DNA of 64,000 nucleotides from NCBI RefSeq assembly GCF_009914755.1, contig NC_060948.1; one strand, 5' to 3'. The DNA comes from the human T2T-CHM13v2.0 reference genome, Homo sapiens. A program made the position numbers and the translations under genes. The notes under the pieces were generated by a model. That model saw only the letters and a list, made by a program, of their open reading frames with translations. It searched no databases and had not been told where the DNA came from. Below are positions 25,901 to 39,095 of the stretch, in pieces; positions within the stretch are counted from its first letter, which is position 1, and each line of letters starts with the position of its first letter.

Positions 25901-28900
25901 CTTGAATAAAGAACAATGTATACTCAAAATCTTCAAAAATAAGCTAAATGAAGCAGAAGAAAGAATCTCATAACTTGAGCAAAGATCTTTTGAAATGACA
26001 CAGTGAGACAAAAATAGTGAAAAAATAAATTAACAAAGCCTTCCTGATATATGAGACACCATAATGCCATCAAAAATATGAATTATCAGTATCTTCAAAG
26101 GTAGAAAGGAAGAGAAAATGAAGGTTTTCAAAAACATATTTAATGAAATAATAGATAATAACTTTACATGTGTAGCAAGAGATGTAGACATTGAGATACA
26201 ATGGGCTCAATGATATGCAAACAGATACATTGCAAAAAGGTATTTTTCATGGAACATTACAGTCTAACCGTCTGAGGTCAATGACAAAGAGAAAATTCTA
26301 AAAATAGCAAGAGAAAAACAACTAGTCACCTATAAAGGAGCTCCAATCAGACTAACAGCAGACTTCTCAGCAGAAACCTGACAGGCCAGGAGAAAATGGA
26401 ATGATATATTCAAAGTGCCGAATGAAAAAAAATAATCTGCCACCAAAGGATACTTTATTTAGACAAATTATCGCTTGTAAGTAAGGGTGAAATAAAGACT
26501 TTGCCAGACATGCAAATCCTGAGGAAATTCATCACCACTAGGCTGACCTGACAAAAAATATTTAAAGGAGTTTTAATTCTAAAAGCAAAAGGATGATGGT
26601 TACTATCGATAACATGTTAGTATAAAATTCACTAGTAAAGTAAACACACAAATTAAGAAGAGAAAAGACTCAAATGTTACCACCCCAGGACACCAGTGAA
26701 CCACAAGGGCAAACAATAAGAGAAGAAAAGAAAAGAAAAAAAAAGAATATATGAAACAACTAGAAAATGATTATCAATATGATATGAAAAAATCTACTAT
26801 ATCAATAATACCCTTGAAGGTTAAATTCTCCACTTAAAAGATATAGACTAGCTGAATGGGTAACAAAAAATAATTCAACAATATGCTGCTTACAAGAAAT
26901 ATGCCTTACCTGTAAAGACACATAGAGACTAAAAATAAAGAAGTGGAAAAAGATATTCCATGCAAATGGAAAATAAAAGTGGACAGGAATAGCTATATTT
27001 ATGTCAGATATAACAGACTATAGGTCAAAAACAGTAAAAAAAAAGGCAAAGAAGATAATTATACAATGATAAAGGGATTAATCCAGCAAAAGGACATAAT
27101 AATTCAATTTTTAGTCTGTATTTTGTTCAGATCTCCTCTGATTATTATTGATTTTCTTCTGTTAATTTGGGGTTTGGTTTGTTCTTGTTTTCTAGTTATT
27201 TGAGAGGCATCATTAGACTGCATAATTGAAATTTATCTTTTTATGTGTTTTTATGCTGTATCCCACAAGTTTTGGTATGTTGTGTTTCCATTTTCACTTA
27301 TATTAATTTTTTAACATTTTTATCTAAATTTCTTTATTGACCAAATAATCTCTTTCAAGAGCATGTTAATTTCTATATATTTGTATAGTTTCCCAAATTC
27401 TTCTTGTTATTTATTTCTATTTTTATTTATATATATGCAGCCAGTATTGGAACATCTAGATTTAAAAAGTAAATATTACTAAATCTTAAAAAAAAGACTC
27501 CAATACAATAATAACAGGAGACTTTAATACCTCACTCTCAGCGTTTGATGCACAATCTATACAGAAAATTAACAAAGAAACATTGAAGTCAACTTGGACT
27601 TTAAGGAAAATGTACCTAACAGACATTTACAGAATGTTGTATCCAACAACTGCAGAATGCACATTTTTCTCATGAGTACATGGAACATTTTCCAAGATAG
27701 ATCATATGTTATGCCACCAAATGAGTCTCAACAAATATAAAAAAAAAATCAAACCTATATCAAGTATCTTCTCATTCCACAATGGAATAAACCTAGAAAT
27801 CAGTAACAAGAACTTTGGAAATTATGCAAATACTTAGAAATTAAACGACGTCCTCTTCAAAGAGATCATTGGCCCAATGAAGAAACTAAGATGGAAAGTT
27901 TAAAAAATATATTTAACTAAATGAAAATGGAAACACAGCCTACTGAATTTGTGGGATACAGCAAAAGCAGTGCTAAAGGGAGGTTTAAACAGACAAATTT
28001 CAAGTAAGCAACATAATGATGATTTCAAAGAACTAGAAAAGCAAGAACAAACCAAATCCCAAATTGACAGAAGAAATAACAAAGATCAGAGGAAACCTAA
28101 ACAAAATTCAGAGTAAAGAAATACAAATAATTAATGAAAAGTTGGTTCTTTGAAAAGATAAACAAAATTAATAAACTGCTAACAATACTAATCAAGCATA
28201 CCCAAATAACAAAATCAACAATGAAAAAGTAGATGTTACAGCTAATACTACATAAATACAAAAGAACATCGGAGACTATTAGGAACAACTATAAACTGAC
28301 AAAGTAAAAAACTGAGAGTAAATGAATAAATTTCTTGAAACAAACAACCTACCAAGATTGGATCGGAAAAAAAAAAACCAACAAGAAAATGTGAGCAGAC
28401 CAATATTGAGTAATGAAATTATATTAGTAACAGAAAATCTCCCCTCTCCCCAGAAAAGTCCAGGATTAGATGAGTTCACTGTTGAATTTTACCAAACATA
28501 TGAAGAAAAACTAATAATACCAATTCTACTCAAACTATTCCTAAAAATTGAAGAGGAGGATATTCTCTCTAACTTACTCCATTAGGCCATCATTACCCTG
28601 ATACCAAAAGCAAATCAAGACACCACAAAAAAGAAAACCACAGGCTAATATCCCTGATGAACATAAAAGTAAAAATACTCAACAAATACTAGCTAACTGA
28701 ATCAAACTGCACTTCAATAAAAAGTACATCATGATCAAGTGGGATTTATTTCAGAGATGCAAGTATGGTTCAACAGGTGCAAATCAATAAACACGATACA
28801 TTACATCAACAGATTGAAGAAAAAAATATGATCCTCTTAGCAGACAAAGAAAAAACATTTGACAAAATTTAACAACCTTTCATGGTAAACTCTTTCAACA

Positions 28901-29098
28901 ACTAGACCAAGAATAACCATATTTCAAAATAATAAAGGACATATATGACAAAGCTACAAGTAACATTGTATTAGGATAAAGTTGAAAGCAATTCCTCTAA
29001 CAACTGGAATAAGAGAAGAATGCCCACTTTCACCACTGCTATTTAACATAGTGCTAGAAGTGCTAGCTAGAAGAAATCAGGCCAAAAAAAAATGCAAG

Positions 29099-30478
29099 GC
29101 TTTTAGGGCTCTTTTTTAGTTTTATATGAATTTTAGAATGTTTTTTTCTGATTCTGTGAAAAATGATGTTGGTATTTTGATAGGAATTGCATTGAATTTG
29201 TAGATTGCTTTGGGCAGTATGGTCATCTTCACAGTATTGATTCTTTCAACCCATGAGCATGTGATGCATTTCCATTTGTTTGTATCATCTATGATTACTT
29301 TCAGCAGTGTTTTGTAGTTGTCCTTGTAGAGAGCTTTCACATCTTTGGTTAATAATTTTCCTAGGCAGTTTTTTTGCAACGATTGTAAAAGGAAATTAGT
29401 TATTGATTTGGCCTAAGCAAAAAGAACAAATCCAGAGGCAATCACATTACCTGACTTCAAATTATGCCACATGGCTATAGTTATCAAAGCACCACAGTAC
29501 TGGTATAAAAATAGACACAAAGACCAATGGAGCAGAATAGAGAACTCAGAAACAAAGTCAAATACTTACAACCAACTAATCTTCAATAAGTCATTCAAAA
29601 ACATAAATTGAAGAATGGACACCCTATTTAATAAATGGTGCTGGGGAAACTAGATAATTACATGTAGAAAAATAAAACTGTATCCCTATCTCTCACCTTA
29701 TACAGAAATCAACTTAAGATGGATCAATGACTTAAACCATAAAAATTCTGGAAGATTACCTAGGAAAAACTTTTCTAGACATTGGCCTAGGCCAAGAATT
29801 TATGATTAAGACCCCAAAAGCAAATGCAATAGAAATAAATAAGTGGGACCTAATTAAACTAAAAAGCTTCTGCACAGCCAAAGAAATAATCAGCTGAGTG
29901 AACAGACAACCCACAAAGTGGGAGAAAATCTTTGCAAACTATGCATCCAACAAAGGGCTAATATCCAGAACCTACAAGGAACTCAAAGAAATCAGCAAGA
30001 AAAAAACAAGTAATCCCGTAAAAAACTGGGCAGATTACGTAAATAGAAATTTTTCAAAAAAAGATATACAAATGACCAACAAACATATGAAAAAATGCTC
30101 AACATCACTAATTATTAGGGAATGCATATTAAAACCACAGTAAATACCACCTTACCCCAGCCAGAATGGCTATTACTTAAAGAGTCAAAAACAATAGATG
30201 CTGGCATGGATGGGAGGAAAAGGGAATGCTTATACAATGCTGGTGGGAATGTAAATTAGGACGACCTTCATGGGAAAAAGTATGGATATTTATCAAAAAA
30301 CTAAAAGTAGATATACCATTCTGTCTAGCAATCCCCCTACTGGGTATCTACCCAAAGGGAAAGAAGTCATCATATCCAAAAGACATCTGTAGTTTATGTT
30401 TATTGCAGCACAATAAACAATTGCAAAGATATGGAACCAACCTAAATGCCCATCAACAAATGAGTGGATAAAAATGTC

Positions 30479-30528
<50 letters not shown>

Positions 30529-30912
30529 ATAGAATACTACTCAACAATAACAAAGAATGAAATAATGTTTTTTGCAGCAACTTAGATGGAGCTGGAGCTC
30601 ATTACTCTATGTGAAGCAACTCAAAAATGAAAAATCAAATACTGTATGTTCTCACTTACAAGTGGAAATTAAACTATGGGTATGCAAGGGCAGACAGATA
30701 GCTATAATGGACTATGGAGACTCAGAAGGAAGAGTCAGAAGGGGTAAGTGATAGAAAATTACATATTGTATACAGTATGCACTACTTGGGTGATAAGTGC
30801 ACTAAAATCTCAGACTTCATCATAATACAATTCATCCATGTAACCAAAAGCCACTTGTACCCCCAAAGCTATTGAGATAATAAAATTAGAAAATTTAAAA
30901 ATAAAAAAAATT
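29099..30912 (+). mobile_element. L1PB (PB3/PB4-like), 5'-truncated, with 5' inversion (29099-29410 inverted)
   Basis: Antisense ORF2 piece (ORF 29122-29379), then sense ORF2 and 3'UTR '...caattcatccatgtaaccaaaagccacttgtacccccaaagctattg' plus A-rich tail. Confidence 0.85.
30483..30526. repeat. (TA)n microsatellite inside L1PB
   Basis: ~22 TA units. Confidence 0.95.
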
Positions 30913-33900
30913 AAATACATGGCTAGTTTCTATGTGCTAAAAAAAGAAACGAAACACTTCCAAATTGGAAAAAAGGAAATAAAACTGTCCCTCTTTGCAA
31001 ACAACATGATAGTATGTCTACACAAATGTAAAGACTCTACCAAGAAACTTTTAGAAGTGATAAATACAGTGAAGTTTTAGGATACAAAATTAACATTAAA
31101 ACACAGGAGCATTTCCATATAGCAATAATGAAATATCCAAAAAAGAAATCAAGAAGGAAATTTTATTTACAATGCTAAAGAAAATAAAGTACCCAGGAAT
31201 AAATTTAACAATGAAGGTGGTGTTATAAGGAAAACTACAAAATACTGATGAAAGAAATTGAAGAGGACACAAACAAATTGATAAACATCCCATGTTTGTG
31301 TATCAAAATTGATATCATTAAAATTACCATACTACCCAAAGCAATCTACAGATTCAATACAATCCATATCAAAATACTAAAATCATTTTTCACAGAAATG
31401 GAAAAAAATCCTAAAACTTATATGGGAAAACAAGCCAGAATAGTCAAGCAATCCTAAGCATAAAGAACAAAATTGGAGGCATCACAGTACCTGACTTAAA
31501 AACAGATTACAAAAATATAATAACCAAAAGAGCATGATATTGGTATAAAAATAGATACAGACCAATGAAACAGAATAGACGACAGAGAAATAAATCCACA
31601 TATTTACAGGCAACTGATCTTTGACAAAGCTGCCAAGAACATACACTGGGGAAGGAAAACCTTCTTCCATAAATGGTGCTGGAAAAATTGGATAACCAGA
31701 TACAGAAGAATGAAACTGGACCCCATCTCTCACCATATACAAAAGTAACCTCAAAATGGACTAAAGACTTAAATGTAAAAGTCAAAACTATAGCAGTAGA
31801 AAACATAGGGAATATGCTTCAGGAATTGGTCTAGGCAAAATTTTTATAACTAAGACCTCAAAAGAACAGGTAACAAAAATAAAAACAAATGGGACTATAT
31901 TACACAAAAAAGCTTTGGTTGAGCAGAATAAATTATCATCAGAGTGAGGAGACAACCTCTTAAGTAGGAGAAAATGTTTTCAAATTACTTATCCAACAAG
32001 GGACTCAACAACTAAACAATAAAACAAATGCATCAATTAAAATGGCTATGTGTCACGCATAGACATTTCACAAAGGAAGACATAAAAATGGCCAACAGGC
32101 ATATGAAAAATGCTCAACATCATTAATCACCATGGAAATGCAAATCAAAATCCCAACAAAGTATCATCTCACACCAGTTAGAATGAGGATTACTAAAAAG
32201 GCAAAAAAGAAAAAAAAAAAGCAGCTGCTGGTGAGGATGCCGAATAAAGGCAACTCTTACACACTCTTGGTGTGACTGTAAATTAGTACAACCAGTATGG
32301 AAAACAGTATGAAGATTTCTCAGACAGTTAAAAAGAGAGCTACTATATGACCCAACATAGTCAGTACTGAGTATCCATTCAAAGGAATGGAAACCAATGT
32401 ATCAAAGAGATACCTGCACTCACAGGTTTATGATAGCATTATTCACAATAGTAAAGGTATGAAATCAAGCTTAGTGTTTACCAATGCTATTTAGCCATAA
32501 ACAAGAATGAAGCCTTGTCATTTTCAGCAACATGAATCGAACTGAAGGTCATTATGTTAAGTGAAATAAACCAGACACAGAGTGACAAATAATGTATGTT
32601 CTCACTCTTATGTGGGAGGTAAAAAAACAACCTCATGGACATAGAGAATTGAATGATACTTATCAGAGACTGGGAAGGGTTAATGGAAGGAAGGGTAGAT
32701 GAAGAGAGATTAGCTACGGGTACAAAAGTGCAGTTAGATAGAAGAAATAAATTGTAATGTTTGATAGCAGGTTAGGATAACTATAGTTAGCAACAGTATT
32801 ATGTATATTTTAAAGTAACCAGAAGAGGGGACTTTAAATAATACAAACACAGAAAAATGATAAACACTAAAGGTGATAGATATTCCAAGTACCCTGACTT
32901 GATCATTACACATACTGTACATGTAACAAAAACTCACATGTAGCCCATAAATATGTAAAATATTATATATATATACCAATAAAAGATTTAAAAATGCAAT
33001 ATCTGTGAGGTACAATAAAATGAAGTGCAATAAAACTAGGTATTCCTGCAATAGTTTGGAGGTGGAAAAAATTAATGACAGAGAGACAAGTTAGAAGGCT
33101 TAAAAAAAAGACTGGGAAAAAGAAGTTAGAACTACGGCAGTGACAATGAAGGTAGACAGGGGCAAGAAGAATAATACACATTTGGGAGTGTGATTGATAA
33201 GAACTGATAACTTACTAAATATGGCGAAAGATGAAATTGTCAAAGATGACTCAGTTTTTTGCATTGAAGAGGAATAAATTGCATTGTGATGATTCCTAAA
33301 AGACGTTTTTCTCTCACTGAATGTAAACAACTTGTTAACAGGAATGTGTCATTTTGTACTTGTTACTTTCCTTATCTGTGAAACAGAAAATATTATCTAC
33401 TATGAAGGTTATCTGCTATGAAGGTTAAAAAAAATGTCAAGGTAAAGTATTTCCTTTGTTGTTCAATAAAATTTAGCAATAATTATTATAATTGTCCACT
33501 TCTCTGCCTTTTCCAGTATTTTGGTCTGACAAGACTGGTTACTTTTTGGGACCAGGGCTCCTGTGTTGCAAAACTCTAGGATCATCAGTCACATCACAGT
33601 GTATAGGAGAAGTGCCCTTGTAGTTGTTCTATGCCACAGTTTGAGCCGCCAAATGCAGTGAACCTGCATAGGTCACTTCATATCATGCATCTGGCTTCAG
33701 GGCAGCAGCAGTTGCCGAGCAGGCTCCAAATGCTCTGCCCTGAGTTACTTTAGTTATATAAAATTTATTCCTGAACCCAAACACCTGGGAAGAAAATTCC
33801 TTACATATTTTTAATGCAGGCATATTCTCTTGGTACCAAAAGGCAATTTTACAACAAAATGAACACTACTACTTCTCCACAAAGTACTTTTTATCTGTGT

Positions 33901-34479
33901 ATTATGAATCGTTATAAGGCATAGCTCTGAAATACATTGAGTGAATAAAAGAAGAGCCTTATTGAATAAAGTCTTGATTAGAAAAATGTGTAATATTATT
34001 ACATATGTTTAGAATCTGATAAGAACATACTATGAGCCAGTGTCTTTTTAGTGCTACATTATTTACTGATGGTAAATTTATGGAGACATAAATTCAGATT
34101 GCTGGAACAAGATGGGGAACTCCAATTCCAGGAACCTTATCAAAATCTCTTTGCTTGATTATGTCGAGCATTTCAGAAATTATCTACTGTCATCAGTGCA
34201 GAACTTGTAAGTGAGGATGTCTTTTTAAAATTCTAATAATTTAATGATGGAATGGGCTTCCATGCATAGCTGCAAACTCCTTATACCTGGAAATATTCAA
34301 ATATTATATGATATCGTCTCGGGGATGCTATAATGATGATTCGTGAATTTTAGAGTGGAATGGAGATGTCCTCTAGGTTACCTTCTAAATCCAGAATTTT
34401 ATTCTTTAATTAGAGAAAGTTAAGAAATATAAAAAATGATTAATATGTCACTTCTACCTGTATTTTCTCCGTTTGTAAT

Positions 34480-36420
34480 TTTATCTGTTTTCTAGGCTTT
34501 AAATGCTTAATAAATGCTAGTGATTCCCAGATCTGCAAGTCTAATCCTTATCTATTATCAGAACTCTAGGCTCTAAGATCCATCTTCCTATTTGACATTT
34601 CTCCTGGAATACCTACTGTATACCTTACATTTAATATGGCTAGAACAAAAGTATTGATTTCAACTCTCTTATCCTGCCCCTTTCTTTATGTGAATTATAA
34701 AAATGGAATCCTGTTTTTAAGATACGATTATTATAAGAAAAAGTATGATATACACATAGTATTAAAATAGGACACTTTTCTGCAATCTGTAAAATGTTTC
34801 CCAAACAAATGTCAAAACATGCAATGCCTAAGTTGAGAATGGTGCTTCTCTAGGGATGTGCAGGGAACAAACTGAATAACCAAAGTAGCAGGCCTTTTAC
34901 TTCCATTAATTTCTCTTTCTGTGTTTCCCATCTCAATAAATGCAACTAGATTTCAATCTACTGGTAAAGTAAAAAAAAAAAAAAAAAAAACTTTGATTCC
35001 TTTTTTTTTTCTTACTCTCCATATCCAGTTTATCTGTAAATTCTGTTAATTCTACATCCAAAATATATACTAAAATTCTAGTTGCTTTCCTCCCTATTAT
35101 CTCTCTAGTCTAAGCCATTATTATAGCTCTCTCTACCATATCCTGTTATGTAGTCTCTTTGCTTCTTCTCCTATAAGCCACTCTCCATAGAGCAACAAGA
35201 AATAAATTTAAAACAAAATAATCATAAATCAGATCATTTCATGCCCAAGCTTACCAGGCCTGTATCCAAAAGAAATCTTTTCTTCTACCTTCTTAGCTTT
35301 ATACTTTGGAGCCTACAAAGTAAGCTGACAAAAGACAGACCAGCAAGAGAAAAAACAGGTTTAATCCTGTACTATGTATGAGATTTCACAGAAAAATGTG
35401 ACTCAAGGAAGCATTTAGAATTTGGGGCTTTTCATACCACCTTAATAGGAAAAGTGGAAGGAGAGAAGGGCATTTACAGAAAAATAAATGACTTCTTAAT
35501 AGGTGAAATAGGGAAGGTATAGTGCACTTGTGGAAAAACAATTTTTAGGAAAAAAAAGGGGTCTTAGGAGAATAGATGGAAAATATGACCGTTTTATCAT
35601 ATCTGTTTGGGTGTGATGTAAAGTTATATAAAATTCTGAATAACTCATCTCTGGTGATAAGTCAGTCTTCCTTGGTTGCCGCAAGGGAGGAGATTTATGA
35701 CAATTGGGTTCTTTTGCATTCTTTTGGGAGGCTCTGCTTTTAGACAGATCAAAATTTTTATGCATTCACCTTTCTTAAGCTCAAGATAATTTTATGCTAC
35801 ACTGGTCTACTTTGGACTTCTTTGCCTGCTACATCATAATCTACATGGGGAAACATTCATAGAAATATTAGGTGAATTGTATCCCTAGGAATTGTGTAAC
35901 ACAATGGCCATTTAAATCCTTTGTTTTCTTCCCTTTATTATGGAATAAAAACCAAATTACATACCTTGGCCCCATGATCTGGCCTCTGTCTTCTTCTACA
36001 ACTTCATCTTGAACCACTTTTCCATTAACCCCTTTGCTTTAGGAATACCAATGCTCTTTTTTAAAAAATATACTATCTAAGTTCCCATATTATACTCTTT
36101 GAACTACCTGTTCCCACTTTCTGGACTGGTCGTCTCCGTGATGTCACACTGCTGGACCTCAGTATCGTTTAGATTTTAGATACATATCACCTCCTCAAAT
36201 GGTCCTTCACTAACTCTTAGGGTTCCATTCACTCTATTGTATCATTTACCATCATTTTTTACACATAAGTTGTTTCTGTTTAATTTTTAATATTTATTTC
36301 TTATTTGTTTCTCACTGCTTGATCTCTTGTACAAGTGTCAGCTACTGAAAACCAATAACCAGCACCTAGAACAGTAACTGATACACAGTAGGAACATCAT
36401 AGCTATTTATACAACAAGAA
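34480..36420 (+). mobile_element. L2 LINE, fragmented
   Basis: L2-like blocks ('gacatttctcctgga','aaatcagatcatttcatgccc','agcacctagaacagtaactgatacacagtagg'). Confidence 0.55.
35260..35830 (-). mobile_element. ERV1-class LTR (MER34/MER4-group-like) inside L2
   Basis: Reverse complement resembles the LTR type at 9548 and 62975 ('gcataaaattatcttgagcttaag'). Confidence 0.4.
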
Positions 36421-36718
36421 GATAATGCAATGAAGTTCATTTATTAGAGTCTTACGTTCAATTAATAGGTTTTTGAAATCCCTCCCTTTTGGTCATTTCA
36501 TCTAATGTCTTCTTTCCCCTACCTTTTTTATTTACTATTCTTATATATATTTTTTCACCTCCAACAATCTGTTACTATTTCTTATTGTCTCTTTCACCTC
36601 TGTACCTTACCCTTCCCTTTCTCTTGCTCTCCACCCTTAACTAGTAATGCCTGTATTATATTTTTAATGTATGTTGGTCTCTTTAAACCAAGTTTAGTAT
36701 GAGACTAGTATTCAGGGC

Positions 36719-37012
36719 TTTCTTTCTTTCTTTTTTTTTTTGAAACGGAGTCTTGCTCTGTGGCCCAGGCTGGAGGTAATCTCAGCTCACTGTAAGCTCC
36801 GCCTCTGGGGTTCACGCCATTCTCCTGCCTCAGCCTCCCAAGTAGCTGGGACTACGGCACCCACCACCACGCTCGCCTAATTTTTTGTATTTTTAGTAGA
36901 GACAGGGTTTCACCGTGTTAGCCAGGGTGGTCTCCATCTCCTGACCTCATGATCTGCCCTCCTCGGCCTCCCAAAATACTGGGATTACAGGTGTGAGGCA
37001 CCGCGCCCAGCC
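36719..37012 (-). mobile_element. AluY-like
   Basis: Reverse Alu with 'aagctccgcctc..ggttcacgccattctcc'; TSD TATTCAGGGC. Confidence 0.93.
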
Positions 37013-37295
37013 ATATTCAGGGCCTCCTGTGCTTAAAACACTGCTTCTACAGATTTGGGAGATGTAATGATGAATAAAATACAAGTCCTGCCCTTAGTAG
37101 TTAGTATCTAATAGAAGAGGCAAACTATAAATACAGTAAGTGAGCTTTAAAGAGAAAAATGGTGTGGAAAAATTACTGAGTGTGGGCTGAATGTAACTAA
37201 CTTATGAAAGCTGAAACACTGTTGTTAAAAGTCTGCTTTTTGAAATATTTTATATTATTGGTATGGTTGTTCTCTGGGCATGACATAGCAAGTTG

Positions 37296-37666
37296 AGTGA
37301 AAGAGAAATAGGAAGTGGGACTCCATTCCGGACCAGACTGAGAAACAGGGAAGAATCCGAAGCACCTCTCCATAAGACATGCCCACCAGAGTTATGAGAG
37401 TTTACCCTTCCCTGGCAATGACCCAGAAGTTACCACCCCTTTTCTAGACATTTCTGAATAACCTACACCTTAATTTTCATGTAATTAAAATTGATATAAA
37501 AGCTGCTTCAGAACTGCCCTGAACTGCTACTCTAGATAAACTGCTTGTGAGGTAGTCCTGCTCTGCAGGAGGAGTCATGGAGCTCTAACACTGCTACTTC
37601 AATAAAGCTGTTTCCTTCTACCACCAGCTCACCCTTGAATTCCTTCTTGGAAGAAGCCAAGAACCA
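37296..37666 (+). mobile_element. ERV1 LTR (MER66/MER41-like)
   Basis: 'gcacctctccataagacatgcccacca...cagaagttaccacccc...caataaagctg...cccttgaattccttc...gaagccaagaacc'. Confidence 0.65.
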
Positions 37667-38845
37667 ATTATTTTTAAAAGGTTTTTCCAGAATACACCAC
37701 CATTTCTTTAAGATCTGAAGACAAGGAATGGTGATTCGATAGTAAAAATTATCTCTTACTGGGATCATGGGTTATGTACATATTTGGTTGTGATGCCCGG
37801 GCAATCCTTACATTATGGCGTGTCCCTTTTTGTTATCTTACAACCAAAGATCTTGAGAGAAACTAAGAAAATTGTTTCTTTGAAGTCAGCTTCACTATGT
37901 GGCTTTATTACGTGAGTTGAGGTAGAATAATACAGTAAAGTAATAATGTGTTTCTCAAAATAGAAAGTTCTTCATTAATTTTATAATTACTAGAGCAGGT
38001 ATTTCTTTGAAGAAGCTGACCTACCAATTATACATTAACTTTTTTGGTAGATTAATCATTATTTTCCTCATGATTTTAGATTTTCTTCTTTGCTTTTCAT
38101 AAAAAAGCAGCTGCAGTGTGTGGCTAATTTTTCTTTGAGCAAAAAGAAAATGTCTCCAGCTCAATAGGTGTTTAATGTCAGATATGATTTTTTTATTTTG
38201 TAATTTAAAACGGTTTTTGCAGGTTTAGCTTCATCAGGCAGGGAAGATATGACAAGTTTTTGAATTTAGCCTCATTCTTGAAGATAAAATAAAATTTATT
38301 TTATTCAGTGTTTGATGTTTACCCTGCTACATACACTCTGCCAGTCTAGATTGAGTGCTAAAAGAAAATATAAAACCTTTTTGCATGCAGATCTATTTGA
38401 AGGCTCCCTGGAGATAAGGCTGTTTTAGTTTTTTTTTTAGATGATATCATCTTGTCACAATGACAAAGCAACCGGGAAACTACAAACTTAGAGTGTTATT
38501 TTTATTTGTTTTAAAAACACAGCTATGACCCTCATGTCTTCAGTCATCTGTTCCTAATGTAATTTTTAAAATTAAACGTTAATATAAATGAAATAGCTAA
38601 AAATTGACATTACCCTAACAAAAGAAACAAAGTTAAATGACTTGTTTCTGTAGAACAAATACTTTACTTTCTCTTGAACCTGCAAATTAGAAGAAAATTA
38701 AATATTCCACATATTTTTTGAAGATTAGATATATCTAAATATAAAAGTTCAGAGATTTTACTGTTTTTCATAAATAACTGTTCCTGTGCACATGTGGAGT
38801 AGACATTCACCTAAATGGTGTAGATAAAGGAACACCACGCAAGTA

Positions 38846-39095
38846 TAGTCACACATCACTTAATAGTGGGGATACTTTCTGGGAAATGTGTCATTAGAGA
38901 ATTTTCTCATTGTGTGAACATTATAGAGCGTACTTATACAAACCTAGATGGTATAGCCTACTACACCCCTAGGCTCGCTGGTATAGCCTAAGGCTCCTAG
39001 GCTATAAACATATACAGCATGCTACTGTACTAAATACTGTAGGTCATGGTAACACAATGGTATGTATTTGTATCTAAATATAGAATGGGTCCAGT
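38846..39095 (+). mobile_element. Tigger3 (Golem)-derived fragment
   Basis: 'tacttatacaaacctagatggtatagcctactacacccctaggc...catgctactgtactaaatactgtagg'. Confidence 0.75.

Larger units (their letters stand above)
23901..32989 (+). mobile_element. Near full-length, decayed L1MA-type LINE-1 (5'UTR, ORF1, ORF2, 3'UTR) with nested insertions
   Basis: ORF2 remnants (28322-28585 'MNKFLETNNLPRL', 31248-31457 'MKEIEEDTNK'); L1MA-like 3'UTR; TSD AAAAATGCAATAT at 23888-23900 and 32990-33002. Confidence 0.88.
21451..33048 (-). mobile_element. Essentially full-length Tigger1 (TcMar-Tigger) split by a ~9.1-kb L1 insertion; pieces 21451-23900 and 33003-33048
   Basis: TIR ends CAGGCATACCTAGG (21451) and CTAGGTATTCCTG (33048); transposase remnant inside. 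Confidence 0.88.

Noticed and set aside
34098-34206. Possible plus-strand exon (ttcag...gtaagt)
   Set aside because: Weak pyrimidine tract and no recognisable peptide
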